From positions 1 to 54,683 of the forward strand of contig JBBQRF010000004.1 in assembly GCA_038215155.1 (NCBI GenBank): 54,683 nt of DNA, in the 5' to 3' direction. Below the pieces are notes generated by a model, which was given only the letters and a program-made list of their open reading frames with translations, made no database searches and was not told the DNA's origin. Positions 36,559 to 45,112 of this stretch are shown here, piece after piece. Each line of letters opens with the position of its first letter. Position 1 is the first letter of the stretch. Made by a program: the position numbers and the translations under genes. The stretch is from Minisyncoccia bacterium (GTDB lineage: Bacteria > Patescibacteriota > Minisyncoccia > Phycocordibacterales > CAJBRS01).

Positions 36559-37149
36559 ATGAAGAACAAAATAAAAATCTATTTATTGGTTATTGCGGTT
36601 ACTTTCGTCGGCGTCAATTTGACCTTCGGTCAATCGCCGTCGTCACCTCCGGGGTCAATCAGCCCTAGCAGGGGTATAGCCAGCGCGTCTCCTAAAGGAA
36701 GCGCTGCCTCAAAGTCTACACCCCGTCCTGCGGTCTCACCGAATCCCTCCACAGCCGGGAACGGTAGTCAAATAAATGCGGATGCCAATACCTGGGCTGA
36801 AATCGTCGACACCTTGGGTGAGAAAACCAAGGCGTCCTTGAAGGAGAAGGACGACAAAATCGCCGACCTCGATCTTCGAAATAGTTCGATTATCAAGGAG
36901 AAACAAGATCTCGAAACCGAGAAGCTTAATCTCGAAACAAAGGTTCGGGCTCTGGAACAAGGACAAAATGGCGTAGATAAGCGAGTTAAAGCGATCGAAA
37001 AAGAAAGGGATGAGGCTAAAGCAGCTTTCAAGACCATCACCGACGCCTTACGCAAGGTCAATAACGACAAAGAGTTAGCAGTCGGAGTTGACCCCACGAA
37101 AAAAGGTTCGGCATTACCTCAGGTCGTGGACACACGGCCGTCCAACTAG
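36559..37149 (+). CDS. Secreted S/P-rich coiled-coil protein
   Basis: Signal-peptide-like MKNKIKIYLLVIAVTFVGVNLTFG, an S/P-rich linker and a coiled coil (DLETEKLNLETKVRALEQ). The ATG at 36559 follows aagggga. Confidence 0.6.
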   Translation: MKNKIKIYLLVIAVTFVGVNLTFGQSPSSPPGSISPSRGIASASPKGSAASKSTPRPAVSPNPSTAGNGSQINADANTWAEIVDTLGEKTKASLKEKDDKIADLDLRNSSIIKEKQDLETEKLNLETKVRALEQGQNGVDKRVKAIEKERDEAKAAFKTITDALRKVNNDKELAVGVDPTKKGSALPQVVDTRPSN

Positions 37150-37163
37150 GAGGTCAGTTAAAT

Positions 37164-37200
37164 AACAGGCGTTATGGAGTAATCCTAGCGCCTGTTTTCT
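37164..37200 (+). terminator. Terminator, cassette 4
   Basis: aacaggcg...cgcctgtt (8 bp, 17-nt loop) followed by ttttct. Confidence 0.6.
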
Positions 37201-37206
37201 TTATAC

Positions 37207-37235
37207 TTGACAATTATCTTAAGGTGTGCTAATAT
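37207..37235 (+). promoter_or_regulatory. Sigma70-type promoter, cassette 5
   Basis: TTGACA-17 nt-TAATAT with TGc extended -10. Confidence 0.6.
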
Positions 37236-37302
37236 ACTGATAAATGGTTCTACCCAGAACCCCATTCACACAGCAGTAAACCTCAACGAAAGGAATCAGA
37301 AA

Positions 37303-38034
37303 GTGAAAAAGTTCATTAACATGTTAGTTCTCATCAGTTTGTTTGGAATGGCGGCAGCTCACGGCTTTGGCCAAGAGTTAACCCCTGACCAAGCGGTGGC
37401 CCAGCTCGATGCGCTGGCAAAAAAAGCAGCTAAGGCTGATGCCTCCGAAAAGGAGAATCAAGCCTGGAAAGCAAAGGTAGGAGCAGTCCTCGGCACTCAA
37501 TCGAAGGCCGCATCTGCTTCTTCCCCATCAGCAGCCCCAGCGTCCGTAACGACTGCCTCAAATTCGGATCTGCGTGCGCAGATCGAAGCTCTCAATAAGA
37601 AAAACGAAGAGCTTGAATTAAAGGTGAAGGAAGCGCCTGTAAAAACAGCGGGAAATGCTCCAAGTGATTCGCCCAGTGTCGATCGGCCAGAAATGTCGGA
37701 AGGCAATAGTGGTGCAATACCAGCCTCACTGACGGACACCCGAGCCCTCAGCAATCGTCAGAAAGCGGAGAAGCTCGAAGGAATGTTGAAGAGCCAAGGG
37801 CTCCTCAGCAATGGTCGGCTAGCGACCAGCGATTCAGTGCTCCGATTCTGTGTAGCAGTGCCGGGCGTCAATGCCTGCATTCCTCACGATCGGATGAATC
37901 ACGTCTTCCGGTTCGCCGACATGTCGGCCGATCAAGGAATTCCAGACAGCGTGGTAGGGGAGTATATCCACCGCCACCATCTGCAGGTGCACTTGCGGTC
38001 CGAAAGTCCTGCCCCTCGAATGGCGCGGAACTAA
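37303..38034 (+). CDS. Secreted A/S/P-rich protein with a short coiled coil and a Cys/His-containing C-terminal domain
   Basis: GTG start after gaaaggaa. Signal-peptide-like KKFINMLVLISLFGMAAAHG, coiled coil LRAQIEALNKKNEELELKV, C-terminus FCVAVPGVNACIPHDRMNH. Confidence 0.55.
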   Translation: MKKFINMLVLISLFGMAAAHGFGQELTPDQAVAQLDALAKKAAKADASEKENQAWKAKVGAVLGTQSKAASASSPSAAPASVTTASNSDLRAQIEALNKKNEELELKVKEAPVKTAGNAPSDSPSVDRPEMSEGNSGAIPASLTDTRALSNRQKAEKLEGMLKSQGLLSNGRLATSDSVLRFCVAVPGVNACIPHDRMNHVFRFADMSADQGIPDSVVGEYIHRHHLQVHLRSESPAPRMARN

Positions 38035-38044
38035 CAAAAACCCG

Positions 38045-38079
38045 GTGTGAATATTAGGTTCAATCCCTTTTATTCACAC
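38045..38079 (+). terminator. Weak terminator hairpin, cassette 5
   Basis: gtgtgaata...tattcacac (9 bp, 17-nt loop). The downstream T-run is poor (tctttgtattt). Confidence 0.4.
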
Positions 38080-38118
38080 TCTTTGTATTTAGTAGAACGT
38101 TGATATTAAGAAGCATAC

Positions 38119-38147
38119 TTGACTTTTCATAAAGGTTAGTGTATAAT
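38119..38147 (+). promoter_or_regulatory. Sigma70-type promoter, cassette 6
   Basis: TTGACT-17 nt-TATAAT. Confidence 0.65.
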
Positions 38148-38177
38148 GCTGATATTAATTATTTAAGAAAAAATATT

Positions 38178-39602
38178 ATGAAAAATTTATTCAATTTAAT
38201 CCTTCCAAAGATTGTGCCAGCAATTGTAGTTTTAATCTTGGTCGGAGGAGTTTTCGGAGTTAGTTTCGCCTTTCCTTCAAAGGCAAATGCTCAATACTTC
38301 GACGGCGGCCTAGATTACGGCGGCTTCGATTATTCAGGCGGTACTTATGGAAGTGACGGCCTAGATTATGGCGGTTTCGATTATGGCAGCGGCGGTTACG
38401 GTGATAGCTTTAGTAACTATGGCTACGGAGACAATTCTGGTTATGGAAACTACGGTTATGGAGATAACTCAGGTTACGGATCTTATGACCCTTGTAGCTA
38501 CGGTTGTTACGACAACAACTCTAGTTACGGAGACTATGGAAATTCAGGTTGTGATTACGGTTGCAACGATAATAACTCAAGTTATGGAAATTATGGATGT
38601 GATAGCTGTAACTCTTATGGTAACTATGGCGGTAATCAAGGATCTTATGGTTGCAACAGTTGTTACACCCCTCCTCCTTATCACCCAACCACCACTTACC
38701 ATCCTCCAGTAACTAATTCTACTCCAGCTACTATTCACAACACTAATACTAATAACAATAATAATTTCTCTAATTCTAATTCTAGCTCCAGTGCTACTGC
38801 TATTAATAACAACACTGTTATTATTAATACTCCAGCCGGTAACAACAATACCACCGAAGCTCCAAACTTAACTGCTTATTGTGTCGCTAATCCATCAAGT
38901 CCTATTGTAGGAAATGTTGTAAATTGGCAAGCAAATGCTAGTGGTGGAAATGGAAATTATTCTTACTCTTGGAATGGTGATGTCTACGGAAGTGGTTCAA
39001 GCGTTTCAAATACTTACTACAACAGTGGTACTCGAAATGCTAACGTAACTGTGACTTCCGGTGGGCGACAAGTCACCGCCAGCTGTTCAGTAAATGTTCA
39101 GCCAAATGGTGCTCAAGCGGCTTTCACTACGGTCTATCAGCAACCAACTGGTACTCCTAGCGCAGGCGTCTTCTTAAGTCAGATTCCAGCAACTGGCATC
39201 AGTATGAATCTTAAGATGGCTCTATTCGGACTAGGATTAGCAATGTGGAGCGCCTTCGGAGCCTACATGATTCTTCAGAAGAAAAAGTTGGCAGTTCTAG
39301 CCGTTGCAGGCATCAGCGCTTCAGAGATGGAAGCTGAGGAAATCACTGCTCCAGAAATGGAAGAGGAAGTGATGGCTCCAACTGAAGTAACTTCAGAGGA
39401 GTTTGAAAACAGTCTTTCTTTCATGGCTCGCGAAAACAATGTTCTGATCTCCCGAGATGGCTTAAATACTATTCTCGCTCGAGTTGGAACTGATAAAGTG
39501 GCTGGCGAAAATATGCTTAACACTCTTATCGGCAAAGTTTCTCGAAATGATGGAAACTACGCTACTCTCAACTCTGAGAAAATTGAAAAACTATTAGCTT
39601 AA
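38178..39602 (+). CDS. Surface protein: signal peptide, G/Y/D/N-rich repeats, PKD-like domain, IPATG+TM+KKK segment, acidic cytoplasmic tail
   Basis: MKNLFNLILPKIVPAIVVLILVGG...ANAQ; GLDYGGFDY and NYGYGDNSGYG repeats; WQANASGGNGNYSYSWNGD (PKD-like); SQIPATG, hydrophobic stretch, QKKK. Confidence 0.65.
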   Translation: MKNLFNLILPKIVPAIVVLILVGGVFGVSFAFPSKANAQYFDGGLDYGGFDYSGGTYGSDGLDYGGFDYGSGGYGDSFSNYGYGDNSGYGNYGYGDNSGYGSYDPCSYGCYDNNSSYGDYGNSGCDYGCNDNNSSYGNYGCDSCNSYGNYGGNQGSYGCNSCYTPPPYHPTTTYHPPVTNSTPATIHNTNTNNNNNFSNSNSSSSATAINNNTVIINTPAGNNNTTEAPNLTAYCVANPSSPIVGNVVNWQANASGGNGNYSYSWNGDVYGSGSSVSNTYYNSGTRNANVTVTSGGRQVTASCSVNVQPNGAQAAFTTVYQQPTGTPSAGVFLSQIPATGISMNLKMALFGLGLAMWSAFGAYMILQKKKLAVLAVAGISASEMEAEEITAPEMEEEVMAPTEVTSEEFENSLSFMARENNVLISRDGLNTILARVGTDKVAGENMLNTLIGKVSRNDGNYATLNSEKIEKLLA

Positions 39603-39607
39603 TAAAA

Positions 39608-39650
39608 ACGAAAAAGGCCGGGCGCGAGAAACGCGCCCGGCCTTTTTCGT
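39608..39650. terminator. Bidirectional terminator (cassette 6 / thrS)
   Basis: acgaaaaaggccgggcgcg-agaaa-cgcgcccggcctttttcgt. Confidence 0.88.
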
Positions 39651-39653
39651 TGT

Positions 39654-41414
39654 CTATTTTCTTTCTATTATTTCTTTATTAAATTTCTCTAAAACTTCAT
39701 CAATACTCAGGGCGCCCAAATTACCATTATCACGGCTCTCGAGAGTAACTGTTCCTGATTCTATCTCTTTATCACCAATGACCAAGAAGTAGGGAATTTT
39801 CTCAATTTTTGCCTGGCGGATTTTTTTCCCCAAGCTTTCATTACTACCATCGAGCTCCACTCGAAAATTTTCTCCTTGTAATTTCTCGTAAACTATTTTT
39901 GCGTAACTTTGATGAGTTTCGCCAATGGGCAAGACTTTTACTTGAAGAGGGGAAAGCCAGAGAGGAAAGGCTCCTGCGAAGTGCTCTATAATTATAGACA
40001 TGAATCTCTCTAGAGAACCGGCTACAGCTCGATGAATCATGACGGGTATTTGTTTAGAACCATCATTGGCAGTGTATTCAAGCCCAAAACGAGAAGGCTG
40101 AACAAAATCAATTTGAGCCGTAGCAAGTTGCCATTCTCGATTCAAAGCATCTTTAAATTTAAAATCTAATTTAGGACCGTAAAATGCAGCTTCACCTTCC
40201 ATTCTTCTAGCGTTGAGACCGAATTCATCTGAAATTTCCTGAAGATATTGTTCTGCCTTATTCCAATTTTCTTCTTCTCCTAAATATTTCTCAGGAGTCT
40301 TGGGGTCGCGGACTGATAAAGAAACCCAAAAACTTTCTCCTTTCTTCCACATTCCTAAGGCACTATAAAACTCTTCAATAATCCGCACGATATTTCCAAC
40401 CTCGTCTTTAATTTGCTCTGGAGTGGTAAAAATGTGAGCATCATCAATAGTGATAGATCTGACTCGCGACAAACCTAAAAGCTGGCCTGGTTTCTCATCG
40501 CGATATTGCATAGTGAGTTCTGTGTATCGAACTGGTAAATCCCTGTAACTTCGAGGTTTGGCTGCGTAAATTTGAGTATGGTGAGGACAATTCATTGGCT
40601 TCATCACAAATTCTTGATTACTCTGAGCTCCATGGACGTAGAAAAATTCGTCTTTAAATTTCTCGGCATGACCACTAGTTTCGTAGAGAGTCAGTTTAGC
40701 AATATGGGGAATGGAGACTTTTTGGTAGCCATATTTTTTTGAAAGTTGCCAGAGAAAATCAGAAATGTTTTCTCGCATAGCTTGGCCCCGAGGGGTAAAG
40801 AGGGGAAGGCCCGGACCTACTAAATCAGAAAAAGTAAAAAGATCTAATTCGCGTCCCAATTTTCGATGGTCACGTTTCTCTGCTTCCTCTTGCTGTTTAA
40901 GATAATTATCGAGGCCATCTTTATTTTCGAAAGCTAGACCATAAATTCTAGTGAGCATCTTATTTTTTTCATCACCACGCCAATAGGCTCCGGCGAGGTG
41001 GGAGAGATGGAAACCTTGTGGATCGATAAGCTCAAAATTTTCCACGTGTCCTCCTCGACAAAGGTCGGTGAAATTTCCGGAAGTATAGAGTGTAATTTTC
41101 TCACCCTTCTTTTCAATTTCATCAATTAACTCGAGCTTATAGGGGTTATCAGTAAAAAGAGCCCTCGCTTCGCTCGGGCTTACTTCTTTGTGAGAGAAAT
41201 TTTTCCAAGTAGGAAAAATTTCTCTCATCTTTTTCTCAATCTTTATCAAGTCTTCTTCAGCAACGGGCGAAACAAAATCAAAATCATAATAGAAGCCATT
41301 ATCTACGGCGGGGCCGATGGTATTTAAAGCATCCGGATATAATTCCAAGGCAGCAGCTGCCAACAGGTGAGCTAGTGAGTGTCGAATCTTAGCTAAATGG
41401 TCTACTTCAGTCAT
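39654..41414 (-). CDS. thrS: Threonyl-tRNA synthetase (no TGS domain)
   Basis: HSLAHLL, HRKLGRELDLF and MNCPHH motifs, plus a C-terminal anticodon-binding domain. Confidence 0.9.
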   Translation of the reverse strand: MTEVDHLAKIRHSLAHLLAAAALELYPDALNTIGPAVDNGFYYDFDFVSPVAEEDLIKIEKKMREIFPTWKNFSHKEVSPSEARALFTDNPYKLELIDEIEKKGEKITLYTSGNFTDLCRGGHVENFELIDPQGFHLSHLAGAYWRGDEKNKMLTRIYGLAFENKDGLDNYLKQQEEAEKRDHRKLGRELDLFTFSDLVGPGLPLFTPRGQAMRENISDFLWQLSKKYGYQKVSIPHIAKLTLYETSGHAEKFKDEFFYVHGAQSNQEFVMKPMNCPHHTQIYAAKPRSYRDLPVRYTELTMQYRDEKPGQLLGLSRVRSITIDDAHIFTTPEQIKDEVGNIVRIIEEFYSALGMWKKGESFWVSLSVRDPKTPEKYLGEEENWNKAEQYLQEISDEFGLNARRMEGEAAFYGPKLDFKFKDALNREWQLATAQIDFVQPSRFGLEYTANDGSKQIPVMIHRAVAGSLERFMSIIIEHFAGAFPLWLSPLQVKVLPIGETHQSYAKIVYEKLQGENFRVELDGSNESLGKKIRQAKIEKIPYFLVIGDKEIESGTVTLESRDNGNLGALSIDEVLEKFNKEIIERK

Positions 41415-41436
41415 AAAAATATTTTAACACACTCGT

Positions 41437-41467
41437 CCAAAATAAAATCGAACACTTAAGTGTTCGA
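41437..41467 (-). terminator. Terminator of the 41456-41857 orphan gene
   Basis: Perfect 20-nt palindrome tcgaacactt|aagtgttcga with the stop codon at its apex. It is followed on the minus strand by ttttatttt. Confidence 0.7.
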
Positions 41468-41857
41468 CGTAAGCACTCCCTTCGAGGATAACCGAGTTTT
41501 GATGAAGCCCATTATCTCATCGAGAATCAGGCTATTTTCTGGGGAGAGGAAAAGGTCTCTTCGCCAGCATTCCATGCAATAGCTGTCTAACTCGTTTTCA
41601 AGTTTAGGGGATCTAACCTGAATGAACCCATAAAACCGAAAACCGTTCAAAGTAAGAGATATTTGCGAAGAATGAGCGGGTGGGCTATCCCAATTAAACC
41701 GCATATTGCTCAAGGCAGGAATTCGTTCAGCCATTTCGTCTTTTAGATGATAAAAAAGCTCTTGCCAAATTTCGTCATCTTGAGGAAGGGGAATGTTCTC
41801 ATCAAACATTCGAACAAGGATGGCTCTAAAGAGCTCGGGAAAAGAGTTTAGTAACAT
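41456..41857 (-). CDS. Hypothetical protein (orphan)
   Basis: 133-aa ORF with its own promoter, an agagg RBS and its own terminator. No recognisable motif. Confidence 0.5.
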   Translation of the reverse strand: MLLNSFPELFRAILVRMFDENIPLPQDDEIWQELFYHLKDEMAERIPALSNMRFNWDSPPAHSSQISLTLNGFRFYGFIQVRSPKLENELDSYCMECWRRDLFLSPENSLILDEIMGFIKTRLSSKGVLTSNT

Positions 41858-41872
41858 ATAACCTCTAAATAA

Positions 41873-41900
41873 ATTATATGAACTTCGTTGAATTTTGCAA
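41873..41900 (-). promoter_or_regulatory. Sigma70-type promoter of the orphan gene
   Basis: Minus strand TTGCAA-16 nt-TATAAT, directly after the dnaE stop. Confidence 0.55.
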
Positions 41901-41905
41901 CCAGC

Positions 41906-44900
41906 CTAGATCTCTTTAATTGCTTCAGCCACCAGACTTATTTCTCCATTACGGTCACTCAATCGGCCTTTCACCGCTAAACATTTTTCTAGAGCAATAA
42001 TGGAGCTGTATTTTTCACAAATTTTCGGAAAGACCACTACTTCAATGCTGCCGTTATAATCAGCAATTTTAAGAAAGTACATCGGGGAGCCGTTTTTGGT
42101 TCGGACTTGCTTAGCTTCCTCGACAATTCCCTCAATGACGGCGAGCATGCCTTCTTTCAATTCAGCTTTAATTTTGGCGATGTGGGTCTGCTTTTTTTCT
42201 AGACGGTCCTTGTGTTTGTCTAGGGGGTGACCACTGACATATAGGCCGAGAAGTTCTTTTTCCCATAGGAGCCTCTCGGAGGCTGTGGCGTCTGCCGCTT
42301 CGCGAAGACGAAGCGGCGGCAGGGTAATCGTTCCTCCCAGAGATCCAAATAAGGAATCCTGATTAGCTGGCGCGCGATTTTTTTCCTTGTTGTAAATTAA
42401 AATATCCTCAATATTGGCTAGAAGAGTGCCCCTGTCGGCGAACTCATCAACAGCCCCGGTTTTAATCAGCGCCTCTAAAGATTTTTTATTTAAATTTCGA
42501 TCGACAATTCTATTGAGGAAATCTTCCAACGATTTGAATTTTCCACTTTCTTTGCGCTCTTTAATAATAGAAGCAGCAATTCCCGAACCAAAATTCTTAA
42601 TCGAAGTAAGTCCAAACCGAATTTGATCCGCCGTTTCTGTCTTCACTACGGTAAAATCTTCAAAACTTTCGTTAATGTTTGGCGGCAAGACGGAAATACC
42701 CATTCGTTTTGATTCAGTGATAATCTCGGCAATTTTTTCGACGTCACCTGATTCTGCACTAAGAACCGCTGCCATATAAATACTAGGGAAGTTAGCTTTC
42801 ATATAGGCCGTTTGGTAGGCCACCTTACCGTAGCTTGCTGCATGGGCTTTGTTAAATCCATAAGCTTGAAATGGTTCAAATAATTTCCACAAATTTTCCG
42901 CAAATTCTTTTGTCTGGCCATTTTTAATAATGCCTTCAATCAGTTTCTCTTTTTGGGCGGCCATTTCTTTTGGAATTTTTTTACCAACCGCTTTACGAAA
43001 TTTATCGGCTTCAAGCCAGGAGTAACCAGCGAGCTCAATGGCGCTAAAGAGAAGATCGTCTTGATAAACAATTAATCCATAGGATTCCTCTAAATATTTT
43101 TTCATTCGAGGGTCAGGATAGATAATGCTTCGGGGATTATTCTTGCGGCGAATATATTCTGGAATCACTTCCATCGGGCCCGGACGATAAAGTGCAACCA
43201 TGGCATTAATATCGTGAATTGTAGAAGGCTTTAGTTCTTTCAGATAGCGCGTCATACCCGCGCCATTTAATTGAAAAAGGCCTCCAGTCTCTCCTTTAGC
43301 CAATAATTCAAAAGTTTTCTTATCATCAAGTACCACATTTTCAATATCCACTTCCACACCCTCAATCTCTTTAGTTAATCGGACAGCGTCGGCTAAAATT
43401 GCCAGATTTCTAATACCTAAAAAATCAAACTTTAATAATCCGGCATTATTTTCATCGACAGAGTGCATATCATATTGAGTGATGATTTTAGCGCTCATAT
43501 CTTCGCCAGTACTTTTAGGATCGTACTGAAGGGGTACGATTTCGGTCAAGGGAATGGGAGAGATGACCACGCCAGCGGCATGAACGCTAATATGTCGGGC
43601 TAGCCCCTCAATTTTCTTGGCCATTTCTATGACAGTTTTTACATCTTTATCGGCATTATAAAGTTTTTTTAATTCAGGAACTTCGTCAAAAGCTCTCTCC
43701 AGTGTCATGGGAAAACCTTGAGCCCCTAAGGGAATTAATTTAGCAATCTTATCTCCGACATCGTATGGAAATCCTAGGGCACGGGCTACATCTCTGACCG
43801 CCCCACGAGCCATCATTGTTCCAAAAGTTCCAATTTGAGCCACTTTATCTTTGCCATATTTCTCTCTTGCATAAGCAATTACTTCGTCTCGACGATTATC
43901 TGCAAAATCCATATCAATATCTGGAGCGGATGGTCGCTCGGGATTAAGAAAACGTTCAAACGGCAGTTTATACTCAATCGGATCTACATTAGTAATGCCG
44001 GCGAGATAGGTCACCATGGAACCGGCAACCGAGCCTCTAATAGTAGTCAGAATTTTATTCTCGTGAGCGAAACGCATTAGATCGGCTACCACTAAAAAGT
44101 ATGGAGCATAACCTTTTGTTTTAATAATATTTAATTCATATTCGGCACGTTCTCTAATCGGGCCAGAGAAAGCAATCTCTCTTTTTTTCGCCCCATTTTC
44201 TACCAGGGCGCGCAACTCATCATCAGCAGTTTTTCCCGGCGCCACCTTATAGTCGGGGAAAAGCCATTTTCCTAAAGTTAATTCTAAATTGCATTTGTCA
44301 TTAATTTTCTGGCAATTCTCCAGTGCTTCCGGCCAATTTTTAAAATATCTCTCGGCCGTTTCAGGAGAAATGAAAGAAAAATCTTTTCCATCTTCTATTA
44401 CTGTTCTCTCGCTAAATTCATTTTGAATAAAGACTAGGGTGTTTCGAGCTTTTTGATCGGCAGGGTCGAGATAGTAAGTGTCATGAGCAGCTACGATAGG
44501 CACTCCGTTACGGCTAGCGAAGTCTACTAGTTGCTTCATGTTCTCATCATGACCTGTTATTTCCGAATGACGAGTGATTTCAATATAAAAATCATCAGCA
44601 AAAAGTTTTTTATAGAAATTTAAAGCATCGAGGGCGGCCTCTTCATTACCATTACGCAGGTTGAGAGCAATCTCCCCACTGAAAGAGGGCGAAATCAAGA
44701 GGAGATTGTCCTTATGTTTTTCCAGAAGCTCCTTATCTATCCGCGGTTTGTAATAGAAACCTTCCAAGTAGGAGGCCGTCACTAATTTAATCAGATTTTT
44801 ATAACCCTCGGCGTTTTTAGCTAAAAGTAATAGGCGGGTGCGCTTATTATCTATTCGCGCCTCTCGATCAAAACGAGTTCGGTGAGAGAGATAAAAATCT

Positions 44901-45112
44901 ACTCCGAGGATGGGTTTGATACCTTGTTCCTTACATTCTTTATAAAATTCAATGGCACCGTAGAGATTGCCGCTATCAGTGAGGGCGAGGGAAGGCATTT
45001 GATATTCTTTTGCCCGTGCCACGAGGTCGGGAATTTTAGGCAAGGCCTGGAGAAGACTGTAGTGAGAGTGTGTATGGAGATGAATGAAACGAGAAGGCAT
45101 AATTAAAAGCAT
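41906..45112 (-). CDS. dnaE: DNA polymerase III alpha subunit
   Basis: PHP-domain FIHLHTHSHYSLL and polymerase core motifs. The true start may be the second ATG at 45100 (MPSRFIHLH). Confidence 0.9.
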   Translation of the reverse strand: MLLIMPSRFIHLHTHSHYSLLQALPKIPDLVARAKEYQMPSLALTDSGNLYGAIEFYKECKEQGIKPILGVDFYLSHRTRFDREARIDNKRTRLLLLAKNAEGYKNLIKLVTASYLEGFYYKPRIDKELLEKHKDNLLLISPSFSGEIALNLRNGNEEAALDALNFYKKLFADDFYIEITRHSEITGHDENMKQLVDFASRNGVPIVAAHDTYYLDPADQKARNTLVFIQNEFSERTVIEDGKDFSFISPETAERYFKNWPEALENCQKINDKCNLELTLGKWLFPDYKVAPGKTADDELRALVENGAKKREIAFSGPIRERAEYELNIIKTKGYAPYFLVVADLMRFAHENKILTTIRGSVAGSMVTYLAGITNVDPIEYKLPFERFLNPERPSAPDIDMDFADNRRDEVIAYAREKYGKDKVAQIGTFGTMMARGAVRDVARALGFPYDVGDKIAKLIPLGAQGFPMTLERAFDEVPELKKLYNADKDVKTVIEMAKKIEGLARHISVHAAGVVISPIPLTEIVPLQYDPKSTGEDMSAKIITQYDMHSVDENNAGLLKFDFLGIRNLAILADAVRLTKEIEGVEVDIENVVLDDKKTFELLAKGETGGLFQLNGAGMTRYLKELKPSTIHDINAMVALYRPGPMEVIPEYIRRKNNPRSIIYPDPRMKKYLEESYGLIVYQDDLLFSAIELAGYSWLEADKFRKAVGKKIPKEMAAQKEKLIEGIIKNGQTKEFAENLWKLFEPFQAYGFNKAHAASYGKVAYQTAYMKANFPSIYMAAVLSAESGDVEKIAEIITESKRMGISVLPPNINESFEDFTVVKTETADQIRFGLTSIKNFGSGIAASIIKERKESGKFKSLEDFLNRIVDRNLNKKSLEALIKTGAVDEFADRGTLLANIEDILIYNKEKNRAPANQDSLFGSLGGTITLPPLRLREAADATASERLLWEKELLGLYVSGHPLDKHKDRLEKKQTHIAKIKAELKEGMLAVIEGIVEEAKQVRTKNGSPMYFLKIADYNGSIEVVVFPKICEKYSSIIALEKCLAVKGRLSDRNGEISLVAEAIKEI

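Noticed and set aside
38045-38079. tRNA-like minihelix: a 9-bp stem enclosing taGG-TTCAATC-CCtt, which resembles a T arm.
   Set aside because: The T stem has only 3 good pairs, and there is no D arm or anticodon arm. The 5' and 3' strands are adjacent, so it is neither a tRNA nor a tRNA-derived att remnant. It is kept only as a weak terminator hairpin.
38368-38712. 114-aa V/T/M-rich ORF overlapping the G/Y-rich gene in another frame.
   Set aside because: It is a frame-shifted reading of the ggttatgg/tacgg repeats. It has no independent start context and an implausible composition.
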